A DNA stretch of 54,584 nt from a virus (Duplodnaviria; Caudoviricetes): positions 1 through 54,584 of IMG/VR virus record IMGVR_UViG_3300007512_002354; one strand, written 5' to 3'. Positions 18,223 through 27,042 of this stretch are shown here, one piece after another. Each line of letters starts with the position of its first letter. The first letter of the stretch is position 1. Made by a program: the position numbers and the translations under genes. The notes under the pieces were generated by a model. The model was given only the letters and a program-made list of their open reading frames with translations. It did no database searches and was not told the origin of the DNA.

Positions 18223-21150
18223 ATGCCATCTATTAATTATAATAATTTTATAGCTATTACATCATTGTATTTAACACGAGCACGACGAGATCAAGTTCGA
18301 GATGGTAATACCGAAACCAACTTAAGAATGTGGGCAGCAACGAACTTTGACCGTTGGATCAACACAAGAAGCAATAGAATACAGACTGCCCAACAATGGA
18401 GGCAGTATAATGGTGATCAAGACGATGCACATGCACGAGACGTAGCGCTACGTGATGTAAACTCTGACACCATTATAAATCCATCAGAACATTTTCACAT
18501 TATTCGATACCCATACACTCGTTTCGACAGAAACGTAAGAAACGTCTGTGAGCAACGAGATTATTATCGAAGAAGAAATGCTGATGAAACTACTCCAGCT
18601 CCAACTGATGCTGGTCACATACAAAAATTCAGTTACACTGAGCAAACAGAAAACGAACTACTTATTAGTGCGTTTCCAAAAGAAATAATAGAATACTTTG
18701 GTGAACCTATTGATTTCAGTGGAGAAGAAATATTCGGCCACCTGAAGACAGCAATAGGAGAACAATACACGGAGACGGCGGCAGGGTTAACAGCTGCTAC
18801 TTGGGAGAGCGATGCCCTGTATATTACCAACTTTACAATGGGAATCGTTACTACAAGAGAGTCTCCATATGCCAGAAGAAGAAAATTTGAAGACTGGAAA
18901 GAAGGAGATGTGCCATTAGACATAATTGCACCATTCTCTTTTCTTCCCAATAATGGACCTTTGAAAACTGCTATCTCAGCAGGAAATGAAAATACAAAAC
19001 GGAATACTGTACATTTGTCCAACCTTTATAGAGGTGGTACAACTGGATGTGTTACCCCAATAAAAAAAGAAGCAAGACTTCAGAAAATTCTAAAGGGTGG
19101 ACATATATTCTCATTTAAAATTCCAGTCATGATTCTAGATCAAGAAACAACTGAATGGAAAATAGCAAAAATGATTTGCCTTGGTACCTTTGATGAACTC
19201 CATAAGGTTCTCAAGTACAAAAGGTCGAGAGCCTTCCTTCCTGAATATATTAAAACCTTATGGGTAGACAATGGTGAAAGATGGTTAGACTGGGAAGGTT
19301 ATCAGAGAAGAATTGCAGAAAGATATGGCGACCATGTCGCCTATTGGGATGGAATTAAAACTATATGGGGTAGCAAATTACCAGAATCAGCTACCATTGC
19401 AATAAAGGTTGATGAAAACGCAACAATTATCAAGCACAATGATCTTGGCTTTCTTGGTACAGCTAAAAGTATTGACACCTCTCCAGAATACATACAATAT
19501 TCTAAAATTCATAAAGCAAAAACAGAGCTTACGGCAAAGCAAGCAAGTTTAAATAGTACGATTACTAGTTGTAATAGAACAATTCAGTCAAAAAATTCAG
19601 ATATCGAAGCCTATAAAGGGTATATTGAAAGATATGAACAAGAAGTATTAGATTTAGAAAAGCAAAGAAAAGAAGCAACATCAACAAGAGAAGGTATCTC
19701 GGGCGGTATAACCGCCATTGCAGCTGAATATGAAACAACTAAAGAGATGTGGAGTAATTTTATTGAAAATTTTGACACCAGTACTAGTGAATCAGAAATA
19801 GGACGAAAGTTCCTTGAAAATCTAGAAAAAACTGGAATCATAATTGAAGATATTTTCTACCATGACCCTTCAGTAGGCCACAGAGTTTCTGTTAAGAGCA
19901 ATCCAAAGCTTGCTTTAGATGCAAAGCTTCAGACACTAACAAATCCAGAAGAACAAAGCCGCGCAGGGCGACGAGCTAGAAGCTGCCATCTAGATAGTAT
20001 TGTTTTTAGGACAACAAAACCCTTGGTGATCAATGTAGATGCAGGTAAAGATGGGTTAGAAAAGTGTAGAAAAATAGTAGGTGGACCATATAGGGTCATA
20101 GTAAGTTCTGCTCCCAATATTAAGGTTCAACTATTACAGACAAATGCCTGCTTTGGATTACTTGAACAAAACTTCTGGATTCACCCTCATACCCCAACTC
20201 AGACATTAAGCACATACAGTAATGGATCTGGATATACAGATGAGCAAAGATGGAAATACTTTAAAGATTGCATCTTGAATGCTGAAGGTAATGCTTGTCT
20301 GGGTGAAGCTAGTCCACCTTTGTGGGATGCATTTGTATGCAACGATCCAAAAAGGGTACTGTTCGCAGCAATGACATGGTTAACCAATGCTAATTCTACA
20401 GATGCTTGGGGAAAACACTTTAAATACTTCCCAAAACTTCAAGACGTTAGACTTGATGGACAACTCGTAGATAAGGACACTGAAACAACCGAAACAGTCG
20501 AAGAGTTAATTTCAAGTGAAGAGGGAATGGAAGCTATTGCTGAACAAATGCTAACCAATCTTGAAGAACCTGATAATATTACTGAACGATTTGCAGAAGT
20601 TGCTGAGCAAGTTGCAGAAACTTGGAGAGAACTACCTGACGATGAAGCAGATGAAGCAGATGATATCGCTACAGCTACACTCATTGCGGCGCTGACTGAT
20701 GAAGATCAGTTTGAATTGATCAACCCAGTTGCCGAAGGACGTGGACTTCCACCCCTTGTTGAAGCTTTAGAGCAAGTATTGCGTACCGAAGTTGCACCAG
20801 AAGAACAAGAGCCAAATCCAGGTATTGAAGAAGCTAATGTTGGAATCGTAGCAGATGCTTGGCAGAATGCTAGAGACAGAGCAGATCAAATTGAAGAAGA
20901 TGAAGCTGTTCTATTTCCACCTGATCAAGCTCTTGATCCAACAGTAGATACTTCTGAACTAAGAGAAACCAATGACTTTGGTGAGGATTGTACTTGCGAA
21001 ACCTGTCATGAGTATAGGATGAGAGTTGGGTTACCAGCCCATCCAAGTTACGAGTATGACGAAGATCATGACCAAGAACCCCCAACACGTAGATTGAGGC
21101 ATGCAGGGTATAGCGGTTACCGCCCCTATTCGCCTCCACCTACAACTTAA
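18223..21150 (+). CDS. Large multidomain protein: coiled coil, putative prokaryotic E2/UBC-like domain, acidic tail
   Basis: WIHPH (His654) ... GNACLG (Cys692) ... WLTNANSTDAWG resembles the E2 HPx...CL pattern; neighbours are JAB, E1 and Ubl genes. ORF certain, E2 call inferred. Confidence 0.62.
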   Translation: MPSINYNNFIAITSLYLTRARRDQVRDGNTETNLRMWAATNFDRWINTRSNRIQTAQQWRQYNGDQDDAHARDVALRDVNSDTIINPSEHFHIIRYPYTRFDRNVRNVCEQRDYYRRRNADETTPAPTDAGHIQKFSYTEQTENELLISAFPKEIIEYFGEPIDFSGEEIFGHLKTAIGEQYTETAAGLTAATWESDALYITNFTMGIVTTRESPYARRRKFEDWKEGDVPLDIIAPFSFLPNNGPLKTAISAGNENTKRNTVHLSNLYRGGTTGCVTPIKKEARLQKILKGGHIFSFKIPVMILDQETTEWKIAKMICLGTFDELHKVLKYKRSRAFLPEYIKTLWVDNGERWLDWEGYQRRIAERYGDHVAYWDGIKTIWGSKLPESATIAIKVDENATIIKHNDLGFLGTAKSIDTSPEYIQYSKIHKAKTELTAKQASLNSTITSCNRTIQSKNSDIEAYKGYIERYEQEVLDLEKQRKEATSTREGISGGITAIAAEYETTKEMWSNFIENFDTSTSESEIGRKFLENLEKTGIIIEDIFYHDPSVGHRVSVKSNPKLALDAKLQTLTNPEEQSRAGRRARSCHLDSIVFRTTKPLVINVDAGKDGLEKCRKIVGGPYRVIVSSAPNIKVQLLQTNACFGLLEQNFWIHPHTPTQTLSTYSNGSGYTDEQRWKYFKDCILNAEGNACLGEASPPLWDAFVCNDPKRVLFAAMTWLTNANSTDAWGKHFKYFPKLQDVRLDGQLVDKDTETTETVEELISSEEGMEAIAEQMLTNLEEPDNITERFAEVAEQVAETWRELPDDEADEADDIATATLIAALTDEDQFELINPVAEGRGLPPLVEALEQVLRTEVAPEEQEPNPGIEEANVGIVADAWQNARDRADQIEEDEAVLFPPDQALDPTVDTSELRETNDFGEDCTCETCHEYRMRVGLPAHPSYEYDEDHDQEPPTRRLRHAGYSGYRPYSPPPTT

Positions 21151-21165
21151 ATCCACTATGAGCGG

Positions 21166-21181
21166 TGCGGCTTACGCCGCA
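21166..21181. promoter_or_regulatory. C-TTAC-G hairpin, copy 4
   Basis: TGCGGC-TTAC-GCCGCA between the E2-like and JAB genes. Confidence 0.6.
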
Positions 21182-21201
21182 TTAGCTCTGTGGGAGGAAA
21201 A

Positions 21202-21948
21202 ATGAAACCAATTGGATCGTTAAGAATCCTCAATAGGCAGCCATGTATGCTTATTAGTCACTATGACCTATGTGCTATTCAGCATATTGTTGACCTAGCA
21301 CCTAAGGAAGCACAATGGTTTCACAGACTGGAAAGAATTGATGCTGGTTCACATACAGTTTACAGAATCTTCGGAATGTATATTCCAGAGCAATATTGTT
21401 CTGGTGCCGAAGTTGAAAGTGAACCTGAAATGATGATGAACTTCTATAAAGAACTCCGTGACGAAAATGGACAGGATGAAGCCAATGAAATTATGGCGAA
21501 CCTAACTGTCTGGTGTCACAGTCATCATAATATGGGTGTAAACCCAAGTGGACAAGACACAAAGCAATTCAGAGAACAAATCGATAATGCAAAAGAGCAA
21601 AATGTTGATCTTCCTCAAGTAATGATAATTTTCAATAAGAAAAATCAATACTATTGTCGTATTTGGGATCCAGAAAATGAAATCATGTATGAAAATGTAG
21701 ACTTAATTATTGGTAATTACGACTTCAAAGATCTTACAGAACAAACAAAAACAAAATTCAAGAAGAAGCCTGTAAAAGTATTCGCTCCAGGTAGAACGTA
21801 TAATACTGACCGCTCAGGAGTAATTGAGTGGGGTTATTCCGATGGCCTATTCAGTGGTACTGCTACCAAGCCTTCGGGCAAAGCTAAAAAAAAACAGGCG
21901 AAGCAGTCCTACAGGGCGTATCAAACTGTAGTGAAGAAGCCTTTCTAG
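21202..21948 (+). CDS. JAB/JAMM (MPN+) metallopeptidase, deubiquitinase-like
   Basis: Upstream Glu (KEAQW) and WCHSHHNMGVNPSGQD (HxH-x7-S-x2-D); GGAGG RBS before ATG 21202. Confidence 0.88.
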   Translation: MKPIGSLRILNRQPCMLISHYDLCAIQHIVDLAPKEAQWFHRLERIDAGSHTVYRIFGMYIPEQYCSGAEVESEPEMMMNFYKELRDENGQDEANEIMANLTVWCHSHHNMGVNPSGQDTKQFREQIDNAKEQNVDLPQVMIIFNKKNQYYCRIWDPENEIMYENVDLIIGNYDFKDLTEQTKTKFKKKPVKVFAPGRTYNTDRSGVIEWGYSDGLFSGTATKPSGKAKKKQAKQSYRAYQTVVKKPF

Positions 21949-21950
21949 GA

Positions 21951-22424
21951 ATGGTAACAGAAGCATGGGGAGCACTTATCCCCGAAGACAATGCTTCTGA
22001 AGAAATGGAAGAACTCTTAGACATAATAAATGAGAGTAATAATTCATTAGATGAAATTGAAAAGCTTACCAAGCTGCTCACAGATACTTTGACTCCTCAA
22101 GAATTTGTCATCTTTGAAACTCTTATCAATGGATCAGAAAAAGAAATCTGGGAATATGAAAACCCAGCTCAATTACTTCTCATAGATGAGCAGTCTGTAA
22201 CAGATTCAATGTGTGAGCTTAACTTATTGCTAAGTGATACCGTATTGGATATTGAAGTACTAGTTAACGCGGTAGCATGTGCTAAAGCTATTGCAGCGGG
22301 AACAAAAGAAGAAGATATCGAACCATTTATTGATATGTGGATTGAGTTCTTTAACTACAGCCTAGACGACTATGAGGAGTATACCGAGTATATCTCACAT
22401 GTTAGTAGGAGTTCAGATGGCTGA
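21951..22424 (+). CDS. Acidic helical protein, possibly a frameshift extension of the JAB protein
   Basis: Frame is open from 21888, within the A9 run inside the JAB gene, in the -1 frame. Confidence 0.65.
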   Translation: MVTEAWGALIPEDNASEEMEELLDIINESNNSLDEIEKLTKLLTDTLTPQEFVIFETLINGSEKEIWEYENPAQLLLIDEQSVTDSMCELNLLLSDTVLDIEVLVNAVACAKAIAAGTKEEDIEPFIDMWIEFFNYSLDDYEEYTEYISHVSRSSDG

Positions 22425-23106
22425 AGTAAGCTTTTTAAGACATGCTGGATGGTTTGGTCCAGAAGATGCAAATGAACACACACTAAATATTATTGGAGTT
22501 GGAGCTACCGGCTCATACATTGGGCTGATTGCAGCTAAAATGGGATTCCATAACTTTAGAGTTTGGGATGCAGACATTGTAGAAGACCATAACCTTCCAA
22601 ACCAAATTTATGAAATCGAAGATGTGAATAAGAAAAAAGTAGATGCATTTGAAAGAGTTCTGACAGCGTTCAACCCGAGAATCAAGGTTGAAAAGCATGA
22701 CTATTTCTTCAAGAAGGAACATAAAGATCTTCTTGAAGGGCCATTGGTCCTGACTGTAGACACCATGTCAGCTCGAAAAGAAATCTATGATGCATTCTAC
22801 TTCAATTGGAAAGTTAATAAAGTTTTTGAAACCAGAGTCGGTTTCGACTATGCCGAAGTAAATATTATTGATAATATGAATAGCGTACATATGAATGAGT
22901 GGAAAAATACCCTGAGGGATGACAGTGAAATTCCCGATGGTCCTTGTAACCTCCGAATATGTACAACACTGGTATCAATGATTGCAGCGTATGCAACACA
23001 TACGATCTGCAATATGCTTTCGTCAAGTAGAAGAAATGAAAATTGGGATTATAGTAAGAAAACTATTTTTAATATTAATCCACAAATCACAACATATACC
23101 TTATAA
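22417..23106 (+). CDS. E1-like ThiF/MoeB-family adenylyltransferase
   Basis: IIGVGATGS, WDADIVEDHNLPNQ, KKVDA, LTVDTMSARK, candidate thioester Cys in DGPCN; AGGAG RBS. Confidence 0.92.
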   Translation: MAEVSFLRHAGWFGPEDANEHTLNIIGVGATGSYIGLIAAKMGFHNFRVWDADIVEDHNLPNQIYEIEDVNKKKVDAFERVLTAFNPRIKVEKHDYFFKKEHKDLLEGPLVLTVDTMSARKEIYDAFYFNWKVNKVFETRVGFDYAEVNIIDNMNSVHMNEWKNTLRDDSEIPDGPCNLRICTTLVSMIAAYATHTICNMLSSSRRNENWDYSKKTIFNINPQITTYTL

Positions 23107-23115
23107 GGAAAACAA

Positions 23116-23331
23116 ATGCGATACGTAACATTAGTATTGGTTCCCGGTCCTGGCGCTTCAAGCGTTGAGGTTTCCGAAGGAACGACTCTCGCACAATTTG
23201 CTGCTGACCACGGGTTGAACGGACGTCAGCTGATCGTCGATGGTGAAGGCGTGGCTCCAGATAGCTGGGCAACTGTCACTCTCGATGGTGCTACTGAGAT
23301 CTTTGCAACTGGTGCAGTTAAGGGTAATTAA
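23116..23331 (+). CDS. Ubiquitin-like (beta-grasp) protein
   Basis: 71 aa with beta-beta-alpha pattern (VEVSEGTTLAQF, LIVDG, TLDGATEIF) ending VKGN; directly after the E1 gene. Confidence 0.8.
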   Translation: MRYVTLVLVPGPGASSVEVSEGTTLAQFAADHGLNGRQLIVDGEGVAPDSWATVTLDGATEIFATGAVKGN

Positions 23332-23407
23332 AAAACCTATACTGACTGCTTCAGTCTACTATGATTATCAGTCATAGTATTTGCGATTGTAAAAAGATTA
23401 GTAGCAC

Positions 23408-23445
23408 GAAGGGTCCAAGCGTAAGCTTGGGCCCTTCATTTTTTT
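23408..23445 (+). terminator. Intrinsic terminator closing the Ubl cluster
   Basis: GAAGGGTCCAAGC-GTAA-GCTTGGGCCCTTC followed by A and T7. Confidence 0.85.
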
Positions 23446-23468
23446 AACACCAGGAGGATTATGACGCG

Positions 23469-23846
23469 GTGAAAATACAAATCATAGGCCTGCCCTGTTC
23501 AGGCAAAACAACAGCTATTAAGGAGTTTCTCAAAGAGAAGGAAGATATATTATATATAGATATAAAAGATTACGAAGGTAAAAAACGACAAGGACTATAT
23601 CGGAAGGCAATCCAAAAAGCAAGCAAACCTATCATTGCAGAAAGTGCTTGCGGCGTAAATATAAGAAATACTCATATTATAAGATTGGAAGTACCAGTTC
23701 ATCTGGTGTACACTAGATCTATGAATAGAGATCACATCATAGATGAGGACTATATGTCCTTACTAGAAGGTCAGATGCTACCAGCAAAGTATACTGTGAC
23801 AACAAAGGAAGCATTGATAAAGTTATTAAATAATCTCTTAACGTGA
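23469..23846 (+). CDS. Small P-loop NTPase/kinase-like protein
   Basis: IIGLPCSGKTT at the N-terminus. Confidence 0.7.
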   Translation: MKIQIIGLPCSGKTTAIKEFLKEKEDILYIDIKDYEGKKRQGLYRKAIQKASKPIIAESACGVNIRNTHIIRLEVPVHLVYTRSMNRDHIIDEDYMSLLEGQMLPAKYTVTTKEALIKLLNNLLT

Positions 23847-23855
23847 GTGTAATAA

Positions 23856-24749
23856 ATGAAAGAATATTGTGGATTAGTGAACCTGTCTGTAGATAAAGAT
23901 GTAATTAACAAATTGAAGAAAAAGGGAGTTGCTAAATTCGAAAACACAATAGATGGAAACCCTCTAAACACCTACTACCTATTACAATCGGAAGATGGTG
24001 AAAGCCTACTTGCTCGTCAGACAAGTAAGCATGTCCTTGAAAAATTAAATATAAGACCCTCTACAAAATTATGTGGGATTCAACCCCGAGATGCGAGGCA
24101 AGCCTCTTTTGTAGATTCTCTAATAAATAAAGATAATCCGCTATCTATAGCTTTGGGACCAGCCGGTACTGGTAAAACTACATTAGCGATTGCTTACGCA
24201 ATCGATAGCTGGATGGAAGAAAGCAAGCCTATACTTCTTTGCAAATCGACAAAGCTAGTTGGGGCTTCACGAGCCTTCGGGCCCGTTCCAGGAGACATAC
24301 AAGAAAAGTATGCTCCACATATTTCTTCGTATGAAATAGTTCTTAAGAAACTATTAGGTGGCAAAAGTGAAAACTATATATCTCTTTTAAAACAAAAAAA
24401 AGCAATAGAATATATACCCGTAGAATATGTAAGAGGTTGTACTTTTGAGAAGTGCACTTTTATTTTAGATGAGGTACAAAATTTAACTTGGCATGAGTTA
24501 AAAACCGTGATATCTAGAATGGGTGAAGACACAAAGTTAATTATTTTAGGTGACCCGCTTCAAGCTGATATAAATTTCAAAAATGAAAAAAGTGGAATAG
24601 AGATATTGCTTGCCTCTGAGGCATTTAAGAAATCCCCAATTACTAGCGCGGTCTACCTTGAGACACAGTATCGAAGTGAAGTAGCTCAACTAATCGCTGA
24701 TATTGACAAGGAATTAAGCAATGACTCAAAACGAAGAGGTGCTTCATAA
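23856..24749 (+). CDS. phoH: PhoH-family ATPase
   Basis: GPAGTGKT, GPVPGDIQEK, YVRGCTF, ILDEVQN, SRMGEDTK, GDPLQAD. Confidence 0.93.
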   Translation: MKEYCGLVNLSVDKDVINKLKKKGVAKFENTIDGNPLNTYYLLQSEDGESLLARQTSKHVLEKLNIRPSTKLCGIQPRDARQASFVDSLINKDNPLSIALGPAGTGKTTLAIAYAIDSWMEESKPILLCKSTKLVGASRAFGPVPGDIQEKYAPHISSYEIVLKKLLGGKSENYISLLKQKKAIEYIPVEYVRGCTFEKCTFILDEVQNLTWHELKTVISRMGEDTKLIILGDPLQADINFKNEKSGIEILLASEAFKKSPITSAVYLETQYRSEVAQLIADIDKELSNDSKRRGAS

Positions 24750-24984
24750 GATAGTGAGTCAACTAGACTCATTAGCTACAGATGCACAAGTTGAAGTCTT
24801 AGCAAATCTGTTTATTAGAATAGGAATAAAAGGTATTAAGAATCTGGATGCAGACGACATAAGTACTGCAAATGTTTTTAATATCGTTATGAACGATGTG
24901 GAAAATAATGGAGAAACTATAAGCAATGCCTTAGTTAGGCAGGGATTGCTATTACTATCATGGATTGATAAGGAAAAAATATGA
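24721..24984 (+). CDS. Hypothetical protein
   Basis: 87-aa ORF overlapping both neighbours. Confidence 0.6.
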   Translation: MTQNEEVLHKIVSQLDSLATDAQVEVLANLFIRIGIKGIKNLDADDISTANVFNIVMNDVENNGETISNALVRQGLLLLSWIDKEKI

Positions 24985-25430
24985 GACAATACCCAGGAAC
25001 ATTTAGTATATATAAAAAGAGTGGTGCCGCTCAGTTTACGATAATCCCTCCAAGAGAGAGTGAAAATGGCAGAATTGAAAAGAACGGAGCAGTTCTTTTA
25101 GAAACAGCTGCAGGACAAGGTGAGAAATCATACAGTTGGAATGAAAAGATTACTTTTGCAATAGGTATGTCAGACCTATGCAATGTCTTTGAGAATCCAG
25201 ACTCACCACCAAAACTTATCCACCAGATGCCAGGTTCAGATCTAACTAAGTCGTTAGAACTAGTGCCTGGAGAAGGTAGATACAGTGGCACATTTATGTT
25301 AAAATTAGGAGAGAAGAACAAGTCTACTGACACGTATAAAAATGTAACCGTACCAATAAGTGGTGGCGAATATACAGTGTTACTAAGACTATTTATGGCG
25401 GCAGCGCCAGTACTTATTGGCTGGAATTAA
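24981..25430 (+). CDS. Whirly-like ssDNA-binding protein
   Basis: FSIYKKSGAA..., GAVLLETA, YSWNEKITFAI, LIH and ISGGEYTVL match my recollection of the Whirly domain pattern. Confidence 0.7.
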   Translation: MRQYPGTFSIYKKSGAAQFTIIPPRESENGRIEKNGAVLLETAAGQGEKSYSWNEKITFAIGMSDLCNVFENPDSPPKLIHQMPGSDLTKSLELVPGEGRYSGTFMLKLGEKNKSTDTYKNVTVPISGGEYTVLLRLFMAAAPVLIGWN

Positions 25431-25753
25431 TGGAATTCAAAGTAAGCACAAAATCACAAGAAGATGGAGTAGTACTTCAGCTGGAATCACTTCTTGATAT
25501 ATTGATGGGTAGAGTTGTGCAAGAGCCCAAAGACGATCACGTCGCTCTTGCTTCTGCACTTTGCTCATTCTTACAATCAAGAGAAAGTCTTGGTCCAGCA
25601 AGCATCGAACAAATAATGACTATTGCTTTTTCCACTGGATACTTTTATAGAGTATTCTTAGAGAAAAACAATGTTGAAATATTAGGAGAAGAAAGTGAAG
25701 AAATGGTTACTAACCCTAACAGCGAATCCAGCAGTACGAAAAGTGATGGCTGA
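25430..25753 (+). CDS. Hypothetical protein
   Basis: TAATG-coupled 107-aa ORF. Confidence 0.6.
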   Translation: MEFKVSTKSQEDGVVLQLESLLDILMGRVVQEPKDDHVALASALCSFLQSRESLGPASIEQIMTIAFSTGYFYRVFLEKNNVEILGEESEEMVTNPNSESSSTKSDG

Positions 25754-25860
25754 AGTTGCTGAATTCGTACTAGAATCAGTAGCAACACTAGCAGCCGTTT
25801 ATATTATTGAACTTAGAAAAAGAAACGCAACAACCAAGTTAACAGAAGGAAAAACAGAAG

Positions 25861-26223
25861 ATGTTCAGTTACACAGTAAAAGTAAACACAATCAAGAGCC
25901 CGAAGGGGAAGGTAGTAGCCTTCGGGTCCTTAGTCATTGATGAAGTATTTGAAGTCAATGGCTTTAGAATCGTAGACGGTGCAAACGGTCTATTTGTTTC
26001 ACCCCCTCAACACAAGGGTAAGGACAGAGAAGGTAATGATACCTACTTTGATGATGCTCGATTTCTCGGTGACAACCGTGAAGACATCAGAGATGAAATC
26101 TATAAGACATTTATAGATTCTTACACAGCTAGCGCAGGCAGTAACGCTCGTGCAGCAACAGCTTCAGCTCAATCCGAAAGAAACACAACGACAAGCGAAA
26201 ACGACCGTAGACCACTCTGGTAA
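25861..26223 (+). CDS. SpoVG-family nucleic-acid-binding protein
   Basis: AFGSLVIDEVFEVNGFRIVDGANGLFVSPP...Y.D. Confidence 0.85.
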   Translation: MFSYTVKVNTIKSPKGKVVAFGSLVIDEVFEVNGFRIVDGANGLFVSPPQHKGKDREGNDTYFDDARFLGDNREDIRDEIYKTFIDSYTASAGSNARAATASAQSERNTTTSENDRRPLW

Positions 26224-26242
26224 TATAGCTCAAACTACTAAC

Positions 26243-26280
26243 GAGATCCCCAGTCAGATTTTTCTGGCTGGGGATTCTTT
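26243..26280 (+). terminator. Probable terminator hairpin
   Basis: GATCCCCAGTCAGA-TTTT-TCTGGCTGGGGATT followed by CTTT. Confidence 0.65.
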
Positions 26281-26292
26281 ATAGGAACAACC

Positions 26293-26877
26293 ATGATGAC
26301 CGCTAAAGAAACCAAAGAAGAAATCACTTCTGAAAAAAATGATGAACCAGCCGGATATGAAGTATCTCCAGATACAATCGTGGAAGTTGTTAAAGAGGGA
26401 GCGGCAATATATTCAGAAATAACTGCATCATTTATACAGGAGTTTGTCTTTTATGACAAAACACTATATGAATGGGCAACCGATTTAATGATAGAGATTC
26501 CAAGAGAAAGTCTAGATGAGGTACGATTCAGAGCCCTACTGATAACACTAGCAAACAACATACAGATTGCTAGCAATTACCACAGCGTTGCATCTTCTAT
26601 GGCAGAAGCTATAAGCGGAGGCAACTCTATTAAGAAATCAGATGTAGTAAATGCAATAGTAATGAACTTTGCTAAGCGTGGCGCTAAGCGCCCAGCTGCC
26701 TCTGTGATAGAGCGTATGGCTGAAAGCTATATGTCTAGTACAGTATCAGCTAGAGTCGCCGCAAAGATCGTTAAGAGCTTCTGGAGACAAAGGTTAGACA
26801 CCCTCCTAGAAGTAAGGAAAGTGCTTGAACAAATAGGCATGAGCCTGCACATGGAGATGAAATGGACGAGCCAGTAA
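26293..26877 (+). CDS. Hypothetical helical protein
   Basis: 194-aa ORF with AGGA RBS. Confidence 0.7.
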   Translation: MMTAKETKEEITSEKNDEPAGYEVSPDTIVEVVKEGAAIYSEITASFIQEFVFYDKTLYEWATDLMIEIPRESLDEVRFRALLITLANNIQIASNYHSVASSMAEAISGGNSIKKSDVVNAIVMNFAKRGAKRPAASVIERMAESYMSSTVSARVAAKIVKSFWRQRLDTLLEVRKVLEQIGMSLHMEMKWTSQ

Positions 26878-27042
26878 AAGCATACCGAATCTGCTACCGT
26901 ATGGAGTGCTTTGTAAAAGCAAAAGATGAAGACGAAGCAAAATATATGTTTCAAGAAGGCCAAGGAGATGATGCAGAGTATGTCGAGTTCATGTCAATAG
27001 AAGAGGTGAACGAAAACCACACACCTAAATAAGGGAAAGATT

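Noticed and set aside
22417-23331. Ordinary ThiF/ThiS or MoeB/MoaD cofactor-biosynthesis pair
   Set aside because: No thiamine, molybdopterin or cysteine synthase genes in the window, the Ubl lacks a terminal GG, and an E2-like gene is linked. Disfavoured rather than disproved.
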